Shown here piece by piece: positions 36,649 through 43,890 of a DNA stretch of 43,890 nucleotides (its first letter is position 1; every line of letters begins with the position of its first letter). The stretch covers positions 1 through 43,890 of IMG/VR virus record IMGVR_UViG_3300032219_000210. One strand, 5' to 3'. A program made the position numbers and the translations under genes. The notes under the pieces were generated by a model, which was given only the letters and a program-made list of their open reading frames with translations, was not told the origin of the DNA and made no database searches. The DNA comes from a virus. Its lineage: Duplodnaviria > Caudoviricetes.

Positions 36649-36681
36649 TCAGCCTTCATTACTCATTGGTGCGCTTACCCG

Positions 36682-37326
36682 GTGATTAAAATAGAACCTA
36701 CTGCGGAACATCCCATTCCTTTTGACGTATCCGAAGAGTCTCCAAAGACTCAGAAGGATGCCATTGCCATTGCTGTAAATACTGCTGACCTCATCAAAGA
36801 GCTCGGTGGTGGAATCGACTTCAACGAGAAGGATGGTAAGCAGGTAGTTGATCTGGTTACTAAAGCAGCCAAGACACCCAAGCACATCAAGTCATCCGGC
36901 CAAGCTGCGGCGGCTGCAGCGATACTAAAAAAGTACGACTTTCAAGCCATTGCTGATGCACAGCAAGCACGTAACTTAATCACAAACAAGCTAATCGAAC
37001 TAGCTGACTGCGGCGACCTGAAGATTGAGATCAAAGCTCTTGAGCTACTCGGCAAACATTCAGACATTGGAATCTTTACTGAACGCAGTGAGATTACTGT
37101 GCACCACACAACATCCCAGTCTCTTGAGAATTCAATCAAGGAACGGATCAAACGCTTGCTGCACAGCGATATAACAGACATAACACCACTCGACGACTTG
37201 GATGCGCAGTTAGGAACGCCCAACACCGCAACGCACCACACTGGCCACCAAACAAATCTGGATACTGAAGAATATACAGAAGACGAAACCCGCGAAGACG
37301 TACTGGAAGAATCTAAAGATGAGTGA
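36682..37326 (+). CDS. Putative terminase small subunit
   Basis: Immediately upstream of and overlapping TerL; helical 'IKALELLGK' motif; assignment by synteny. Confidence 0.5.
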   Translation: MIKIEPTAEHPIPFDVSEESPKTQKDAIAIAVNTADLIKELGGGIDFNEKDGKQVVDLVTKAAKTPKHIKSSGQAAAAAAILKKYDFQAIADAQQARNLITNKLIELADCGDLKIEIKALELLGKHSDIGIFTERSEITVHHTTSQSLENSIKERIKRLLHSDITDITPLDDLDAQLGTPNTATHHTGHQTNLDTEEYTEDETREDVLEESKDE

Positions 37327-38842
37327 CGAGCATATCTCACTGAAAGACTTAGAAGGGCTGGTCGACACGGGCAAGCTTACGGATACTGACCTGCGTGTAC
37401 TAGAGAAGCAGCTAATACATCTGGAAAAGCTCAAAGCTCGTGAGTTATCTCAGGAAAAGTTCATTCAGTTTACAGCCCGAGTCTGGCCAACCTTCATTTC
37501 GGGTAAACATCACAAGCGGATGGCTGAAGCTTTTGAAAGGGTAGCCCGTGGAGAATGTAAGCGTCTCATTATCAATATGCCTCCTCGCCACACTAAGTCA
37601 GAGTTTGCCTCTTACTTACTACCTGCTTGGTTTTTGGGCAAATTTCCTAACAAAAAAGTAATCCAAAGCTCAAATACGGGTGAATTAGCGGTCGGTTTTG
37701 GTCGAAAAGTGCGAAATTTGGTGGATTCTGAGGTTTATAGCGAGATATTCCCCGAATTACAGCTACAAGCTGACTCAAAAGCGGCTGGAAGGTGGAATAC
37801 CAGCAAGGGTGGTGACTATTTTGCGATTGGTGTGGGGGGTACAGTGACCGGTAAGGGTGCTGACCTGCTTATTATTGACGATCCACACTCAGAACAAGAG
37901 GCTGCACAGGCAGCTAGTAACCCAGACATCTACGATAAGGTGTTTGAGTGGTACACATCTGGCCCTAGACAGCGTTTGCAGCCGGGTGGGTCGATTGTTA
38001 TTGTGATGACACGCTGGTCACAGCGAGATTTGACCGGTCAAGTGCTTAAAAACGCGGCTTTAAGGGGTGAAAACGACTGGGAAGTGATTGAATTTCCGGC
38101 TATTTTGCCCTCTGGAAACCCGCTTTGGCCTGAGTTTTGGAGCAAAGAAGAGCTCGAAGCACTGCACGAAGAACTGCCAAACGCTAAGTGGCAAGCCCAG
38201 TATCAACAGAATCCTGTTGGAAATGAGTCAGCAATTATCAAGCGCGACTGGTGGAAGATATGGCCGCACGAGACAGCGCCTAGATGTGAATATATTTTGC
38301 AGACATGGGACACGGCGTTTGAGAAAACACAGCGGGCTGACTATTCAGCCGGCACAACTTGGGGCATCTTCAACTGCGAAGAGGATGATATGCGCCCAAA
38401 CATCATTCTTTTAAACACTTACCGCAAGCGTGTGGAGTGGGTAGATTTGAAGAAGGATGTATTGAGAGAATACAACGAGTGGGAGCCAGACGGCATGTTG
38501 ATTGAGAAGAAGGCCACGGGTGGCCCGCTCATTTATGAACTGCGTGCTATGGGCATACCTGTGCAAGAATTTACGCCGGGTAAAGGGCAAGACAAAATTG
38601 CCCGCTTGAACGCAGTATCGGACATAATTGCTTCTGGGAAAGTGTGGGTTCCCGATACTCGTTGGGCTGAAGAATTGGTTGATGAGATTGGGGCGTTCCC
38701 GTCAGGCGAGCATGATGACTTGGTTGACGCGACAACACTTGCTTTAATGCGTTTTAGGCAAGGTGGATTCCTTCGACTTCCTAGTGATGAACTAGACGAA
38801 GTTAGATTGTTTAAATCGGGCAGACGCGCAGCGTACTACTAA
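37319..38842 (+). CDS. terL: Terminase large subunit
   Basis: 'NMPPRHTKSE' Walker A variant, 'LLIIDDP' Walker B, 'WDTA' nuclease, 'HDDLVDA'. Confidence 0.93.
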   Translation: MSDEHISLKDLEGLVDTGKLTDTDLRVLEKQLIHLEKLKARELSQEKFIQFTARVWPTFISGKHHKRMAEAFERVARGECKRLIINMPPRHTKSEFASYLLPAWFLGKFPNKKVIQSSNTGELAVGFGRKVRNLVDSEVYSEIFPELQLQADSKAAGRWNTSKGGDYFAIGVGGTVTGKGADLLIIDDPHSEQEAAQAASNPDIYDKVFEWYTSGPRQRLQPGGSIVIVMTRWSQRDLTGQVLKNAALRGENDWEVIEFPAILPSGNPLWPEFWSKEELEALHEELPNAKWQAQYQQNPVGNESAIIKRDWWKIWPHETAPRCEYILQTWDTAFEKTQRADYSAGTTWGIFNCEEDDMRPNIILLNTYRKRVEWVDLKKDVLREYNEWEPDGMLIEKKATGGPLIYELRAMGIPVQEFTPGKGQDKIARLNAVSDIIASGKVWVPDTRWAEELVDEIGAFPSGEHDDLVDATTLALMRFRQGGFLRLPSDELDEVRLFKSGRRAAYY

Positions 38843-38851
38843 GGATTAATA

Positions 38852-41359
38852 ATGGCTACAAGTTCAATTGAAAAAAGTTTATATGCAGCACCTCTCGGTA
38901 TTGACGACATGGAGGAAATGTCTGAGATTGAAATTGAGATTGTAAACCCCGAGGGCGTAACCATTGGCATGGATGGTTTAGAGATAGAAATTGAGCCCGG
39001 TAAAGACAACGAAGGTGAAGAGTTTGACTCCAACCTTGCGGAGTTTATGGACGAGGGTGAGTTGCAGAAAGTAGCTGAAGACATCATGGGTGATGTTGAG
39101 GGGGACATTAACAGCCGCAAAGACTGGGTTGAGATGTTCGTCAAAGGACTAGACGTTTTGGGAATGAAGTATGAAGAGCGTACTGAACCGTGGCTCGGTG
39201 CTTGCGGTGTTTTCTCAACGGTACTCACAGAAGCTGCTGTACGGTTCCAAAGCGAGACTATCATTGAGACGTTCCCTGCTCAAGGCCCGGTCAAAACCGA
39301 GATCATCGGCGCAATTGATAAACTTAAAGAACAGGCGGCGGAGCGTGTCAGAGAAGACATGAATTACCAACTGACAGAAGTAATGTCAGAGTATCGCCCT
39401 GAGCATGAGCGCATGTTGTTTAACTTAGGTCTGGCTGGGTCGGCGTTTAAGAAAGTTTACTTTGACCCGTCCCTCGGTCGCCAGACTTCGGTGTTTATCC
39501 CTGCTGAAGACATCATCATTCCTTATGGTTCTTCTGGTGCTCGTACAGCAGAGCGCGTGTCTCACATCATGCGCAAGACAAAGAACGACATTAAGAAACT
39601 GCAAGTAGCGGGCTTTTATAAAGACGTTGAGTTGGGTGAACCTGCGCAGGTACACACAGACGTAGAGAAAAAGAAAGCTGACGAGCAAGGCTACAGCCTG
39701 ACAGACGACGACCGCTATCAAGTCTACGAAATTCAAATTGACTACAACTTACCCGGCTACGAAGATGAAGATGATATTGCGCTTCCATATATTATTTCTA
39801 TTGACAAAGGTACGAATAAAGTTCTTTCTATTTACCGTAATTGGGAAGAGGAAGACACTCTCAAAATTAAGCGCCAGCATTTTGTCCAGTACGACTATAT
39901 TCCCGGCTTTGGTGCTTATGGTTTTGGTTTCATACATCTTATTGGTGGTTATGCCCGGGCCGGCACATCTCTTATTAGACAACTCATTGATGCTGGCACA
40001 CTGAGCAATCTGCCCGGTGGCTTGAAGACCCGTGGCCTGCGAATCAAAGACGATGACACCCCAATCTCTCCGGGTGAGTTCCGCGACATGGACGTGCCCT
40101 CTGGCTCTATTCGTGACAACATCATGGCTCTGCCATACAAAGAACCATCACAGGTTCTGGCAGCGCTCTTAGCCACAATCACTGAAGAAGGTCGCCGACT
40201 GGGTTCTGTTGCTGACATGAAGGTCAGTGACATGAGTGCCAATGCGCCAGTAGGTACAACACTGGCTATCTTAGAGCGGCAGTTGAAGACCATGAGTGCG
40301 GTGCAGGCCCGCGTGCACTATTCGATGAAGCAAGAGTTTAAGCTCTTGAAGAACATCATCCGTGACTATGCTCCCACAGAGTATGAGTACGACCCAGCCA
40401 GCGGTGACCGCATGGCCAAGCAGTCTGACTACGATGCAGTGGACGTGATCCCAGTAAGTGATCCTAACAGTGCGACGATGGCTCAGCGCATCATGCAGTA
40501 TCAGGCTGTGATGCAGTTGGCGCAGCAGGCTCCGCAGATTTATAACTTGCCTGTCTTGCACCGCCAGATGATTGAAGTGTTGGGCATAAAGAACGCTGAC
40601 AAGCTCGTGCCCACAGTTGATGACGAAGCGCCTAAAGATCCTATCAGCGAGAACATGGGCTTCCTCAAAGGCGAGCCAACTCGTGCGTTTATCTACCAAG
40701 ATCAAGACGCGCACATTGCTGTGCATACGACGTTCATGAAAGATCCGATGATCGCTCAGCAGATGGGTCAGAACCCCATGGCTCAACAGATGATGGCGGC
40801 GATCCAAGCGCACATTGCAGAACACTTAGCGTTCTCGTACCGCCGCAAAATTGAAGAGCAGATGGGCGTGCCGCTCCCACCACCCGGAGAGCAGTTACCA
40901 GAGCAGGTGGAGGTGCAGTTGTCTCAGTTGGTCGCGCAAGCATCCGCTCAGCTTCTCAATGCAAACATGGCTCAAGCTCAGCAAGCTCAGGCTCAGCAGA
41001 TGGCGCAAGACCCGCTGGTGCAGATGCAGCAAGCTGAACTCCAGATCAAGGCGCAAGATGCTAAGACCAAGGAGCTCAAAGTTCGCGGTGACTTGCAGCT
41101 TAAAGCCGAAGAACTATCGCTCAAAGCACGCGAGAGCGCGGCCAGATCGGGTGAAGATCCAAACATGGCAGCGGCTCGTATGCAGCAAGAAATTATGCAG
41201 GCGCAGGAGTTACACGCCCTAGAAGTTGCAAATCAGCAACAACAGCAACAACAACAAGCGCAGCAGGCCCAGCAGAAGATGGGGCAGAGCGACGAGCAGC
41301 ACAAGATGGCCATGATGCAGAAAATGATGCAAGCTCAACAACCGCCCGGTAAAGGATAA
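38852..41359 (+). CDS. Portal protein (P22-like) with Gln-rich C-terminal extension
   Basis: 835 aa directly after TerL; 'GSAFKKVY', 'YGFG', long helical Q-rich tail. Confidence 0.85.
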   Translation: MATSSIEKSLYAAPLGIDDMEEMSEIEIEIVNPEGVTIGMDGLEIEIEPGKDNEGEEFDSNLAEFMDEGELQKVAEDIMGDVEGDINSRKDWVEMFVKGLDVLGMKYEERTEPWLGACGVFSTVLTEAAVRFQSETIIETFPAQGPVKTEIIGAIDKLKEQAAERVREDMNYQLTEVMSEYRPEHERMLFNLGLAGSAFKKVYFDPSLGRQTSVFIPAEDIIIPYGSSGARTAERVSHIMRKTKNDIKKLQVAGFYKDVELGEPAQVHTDVEKKKADEQGYSLTDDDRYQVYEIQIDYNLPGYEDEDDIALPYIISIDKGTNKVLSIYRNWEEEDTLKIKRQHFVQYDYIPGFGAYGFGFIHLIGGYARAGTSLIRQLIDAGTLSNLPGGLKTRGLRIKDDDTPISPGEFRDMDVPSGSIRDNIMALPYKEPSQVLAALLATITEEGRRLGSVADMKVSDMSANAPVGTTLAILERQLKTMSAVQARVHYSMKQEFKLLKNIIRDYAPTEYEYDPASGDRMAKQSDYDAVDVIPVSDPNSATMAQRIMQYQAVMQLAQQAPQIYNLPVLHRQMIEVLGIKNADKLVPTVDDEAPKDPISENMGFLKGEPTRAFIYQDQDAHIAVHTTFMKDPMIAQQMGQNPMAQQMMAAIQAHIAEHLAFSYRRKIEEQMGVPLPPPGEQLPEQVEVQLSQLVAQASAQLLNANMAQAQQAQAQQMAQDPLVQMQQAELQIKAQDAKTKELKVRGDLQLKAEELSLKARESAARSGEDPNMAAARMQQEIMQAQELHALEVANQQQQQQQQAQQAQQKMGQSDEQHKMAMMQKMMQAQQPPGKG

Positions 41360-41361
41360 AT

Positions 41362-41559
41362 ATGGACAGAAGAATCCTAGATTTGCTCTCCTCTAAACTC
41401 GAAGAGCATCGTAAGAGTCAAGCTGAAGTTTTGTGTGATGGTAGCGCGAAATCCTACGATCACTACAAAGAACTGTGCGGTTTTATCCGAGGTCTCCAGA
41501 CTGCGCAGTATGAAATAGGTGACCTCGTGCGTAAATTAAAGGACTCTGAAGATGACTGA
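41362..41559 (+). CDS. Small head-module hypothetical protein
   Basis: RBS AAGGA; 'YKELCGFIRGL'. Confidence 0.7.
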   Translation: MDRRILDLLSSKLEEHRKSQAEVLCDGSAKSYDHYKELCGFIRGLQTAQYEIGDLVRKLKDSEDD

Positions 41560-41956
41560 ATTTGATGTTAGTGCGGTGGACTTATCGGCGGTACTTAATG
41601 TATCTGCTGAAGAGAAAGCCAAACAAGTGCCTGATCCGGCCACATACCATATTTTGTGTATGTTGCCCAAGGCCGAAGAGGAGTTTAGCGAGACTGGAAT
41701 TCTGAAGTCTGCTACTGCTATGCATCACGAGGAGCTTTTGTCTCCCGTGTTATTTGTGGCCAAGATTGGCCCCGATGCGTTTAAAGACGCCACCAGATTT
41801 CCGTCTGGCCCAAGCTGCAAGGTTGGTGACTTTGTGTTAGTACGTCCTAACACGGGAACCCGCATGAAGATTCACGGTACAGAATGGAGACTCATTAATG
41901 ATGACTCTATTCAAGCGGTTGTACAAGACCCCCGTGGCATTCAACGTCCCAACTAA
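41552..41956 (+). CDS. GroES-like co-chaperonin
   Basis: 'P....IL', 'TGIL', 'VAKIGP', 'CKVGDFVL', 'RLINDDSIQAVV' match the Cpn10 pattern. Confidence 0.8.
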   Translation: MTEFDVSAVDLSAVLNVSAEEKAKQVPDPATYHILCMLPKAEEEFSETGILKSATAMHHEELLSPVLFVAKIGPDAFKDATRFPSGPSCKVGDFVLVRPNTGTRMKIHGTEWRLINDDSIQAVVQDPRGIQRPN

Positions 41957-41966
41957 GGAGTAAACC

Positions 41967-42911
41967 ATGGCCACAGAAGAATTTAAATTCCCTGATGAAA
42001 TAGAAACTAAAGCCGACAAGGAAGAAAAAGTCGAGTATGAGATTGAAGGCGAAACGGAAGTCGAGGTAGTAGACGACACCCCCGCGCAAGACCGTGGGCG
42101 TAGCCTCATGGAAGATCCTCCCAAGGATTTTGCCGATGATGAACTAACTAAGTACGATGAAGGTGTGCGCAAGCGCATTCAGCATTTTACAAAGGGCTAT
42201 CACGAGGAACGCCGTGCTAAAGAATCAGCAGAACGGGAGAGAGAAGAAGCTCTACGTATTGCGCACGCCGTGGTTGAGGAGAACAAAAAGCTAAAAGGCT
42301 CTTTGAATTCTAATCAGCAAGCCCTGTTGGAACAGGCTAAAAAAGTAGTTGGTAATGAGGTTGAAAAAGCCAAGGCCAGATACAAAGAAGCCTACGAAGC
42401 AGGTGACTCAGACGCTATTGTGGATGCGCAGGAAGCATTGATCTCCGCTAAATCTAAGATGGAGCGCGTGAACAATTTTAAGCCTGCCCCTTTACAAGAA
42501 GAAAAAACTGAGGTACAAATACCTCAACAAGTTACTACACAGCCAACGCCAGACCGAAAGGCCCAAGCTTGGCAATCAGAAAATAAGTGGTTCGGTTCTG
42601 ATGATGAGATGACTAGCTTTGCTCTTGGACTCCACACCAAGCTAGTTAAATCTGGAGTTGATCCTCAGTCCGACGAGTATTACGAGAAGTTAAATTCTCG
42701 AGTTAGACAAGTTTTCCCAGATCAGTTTGAGTCTGAGAAACCGGTGAATGCGCCAACTTCGCCGAAAAGATCAAACGTTGCACCTGCAACCCGTAGCACA
42801 GCGCCTAAAAAGATCGTGCTTACGCAGACACAGGTGAATATCGCCAAGCGGCTTGGAGTTCCTTTGGATCTCTATGCACGTAAGGTTGCGGAAGAACAGT
42901 TAAGGAAATAA
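41967..42911 (+). CDS. Putative scaffolding protein
   Basis: RBS AAGGAG; acidic N-terminus, coiled coil, position between portal and capsid genes. Confidence 0.65.
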   Translation: MATEEFKFPDEIETKADKEEKVEYEIEGETEVEVVDDTPAQDRGRSLMEDPPKDFADDELTKYDEGVRKRIQHFTKGYHEERRAKESAEREREEALRIAHAVVEENKKLKGSLNSNQQALLEQAKKVVGNEVEKAKARYKEAYEAGDSDAIVDAQEALISAKSKMERVNNFKPAPLQEEKTEVQIPQQVTTQPTPDRKAQAWQSENKWFGSDDEMTSFALGLHTKLVKSGVDPQSDEYYEKLNSRVRQVFPDQFESEKPVNAPTSPKRSNVAPATRSTAPKKIVLTQTQVNIAKRLGVPLDLYARKVAEEQLRK

Positions 42912-42912
42912 A

Positions 42913-43368
42913 ATGGAAAAGTCAACACGTTTAGCACGAGAGCTCGATACCCGCGAGAAGGCGGAGCGCCCAAAACATTGGATGCCTCCCCAACTTCTAC
43001 CCGATCCGAATCCGGAGCCGGGTTATGCGTTTCGCTGGATCCGAATTGCTTCGTTAGGTAAAGACGACGCCACTAATATTTCTGGAAAGTTACGCGAAGG
43101 CTGGGAACCCGTTAGGGCTTCTGACCACCCCGAGATTCGCATGTTTGGCTCTAGCGGCGACGCAAGGTTCCCAGACAGCGTTGAAGTAGGCGGTTTGTTG
43201 CTTTGCAAAACACCTGTGGAATTTACTGAGCAGCGTAATGCGTACTATCGCAATCAAGCGGAAGCGCAAATGCAGTCAGTAGACAACACCTACATGCGCG
43301 AGAATGATCCGAGGATGCCTATGTTTAAAGAACGTAAGTCCACGGTCACTTTCGGAAAAGGTACTTAA
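42913..43368 (+). CDS. Conserved head-module hypothetical protein
   Basis: 'FRWIR', 'EGWEPV', 'GGLLLCK'. Confidence 0.7.
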   Translation: MEKSTRLARELDTREKAERPKHWMPPQLLPDPNPEPGYAFRWIRIASLGKDDATNISGKLREGWEPVRASDHPEIRMFGSSGDARFPDSVEVGGLLLCKTPVEFTEQRNAYYRNQAEAQMQSVDNTYMRENDPRMPMFKERKSTVTFGKGT

Positions 43369-43387
43369 TTTTTTTTTGGAGTCTTAA

Positions 43388-43890
43388 ATGGCACTAACAG
43401 CTGCACCCTATGGGCTACGACCCATAAATCGTATTGACGGTATGCCCTATGCGGGCGCTACCAGTCAGTTTTTGATCGACCCTGCTGGCGAAGGTACTAA
43501 CTTGTTCTATGGACAAGTCGTTATCATCGGCGCTGACGGTTATATTGCTCTGTCTACCGCTACCGGCGCAGACATCACTACCAATAACCTTGGTGGCGCT
43601 AACGTAGGTGCAATCGGCGTTTTCGTCGGCTGCTCTTACATCAACGCACAAGGTCAACAGATTTACGGCCAGTACTATCCCTCCGGCACAACCGGCGTGG
43701 TGACTGCATACGTAATTACTGACCCGTTTGTTACTTTCCAAGCTCAGCTTGACGGTTCTGCCGCTCAATCCGCTTTGGGCACTAACACTTTCTTTGCCGC
43801 TGTACAGAGCACTAGCACTGGTTCAACCCAGACTGGTAACTCAACCAGCGCTTTGGAGTCAACTGTGGTTACTACTGCTGCGGCCTTCCG
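43388..43890 (+). CDS. Capsid-associated (decoration/cement-like) protein, 3'-truncated, not in ORF track
   Basis: GGAG RBS; MALTAAPYGLRPINRIDG...GVFVGCSY... open to the window end. Confidence 0.6.
   Translation, partial: MALTAAPYGLRPINRIDGMPYAGATSQFLIDPAGEGTNLFYGQVVIIGADGYIALSTATGADITTNNLGGANVGAIGVFVGCSYINAQGQQIYGQYYPSGTTGVVTAYVITDPFVTFQAQLDGSAAQSALGTNTFFAAVQSTSTGSTQTGNSTSALESTVVTTAAAF

Noticed and set aside
43415-43768. 117-aa minus-strand ORF
   Set aside because: Antisense to the real plus-strand gene starting at 43388, which the track missed because it has no stop in the window

Overview
The window is a large, probably circularly permuted part of a tailed dsDNA phage genome (P22-like portal, podovirus-type architecture). 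Layout: 1-16301 (+) tail and internal virion/DNA-ejection genes ending in a 2079-aa polyvalent-type protein; 16389-26841 (-) replication module (primase-helicase, SNF2 helicase, PD-(D/E)xK nuclease, PolA, VRR-NUC); 26960-36275 (-) early module (MoxR-like AAA ATPase, metallopeptidase-vWA, many small ORFs, three near-consensus sigma70 promoters); 36682-43890 (+) packaging/head genes (TerL, portal, GroES-like, scaffold). No major capsid, lysis or integrase gene was recognised; these may lie outside the window. The strongest unexplained signal is a 13-bp palindrome, CTAACAWTGTTAG, found 14 times (9 exact, 5 with one mismatch) only within the 9.5-kb early region, both inside genes in different frames and between genes. 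Other candidates: two promoter-delimited structured small RNAs, nested +1-frame ORFs with their own RBS, a stand-alone RpoD region-4 mimic, and a 39-bp repeat pair with a 34-bp spacer. All calls come from reading motifs by eye; no database search was run.
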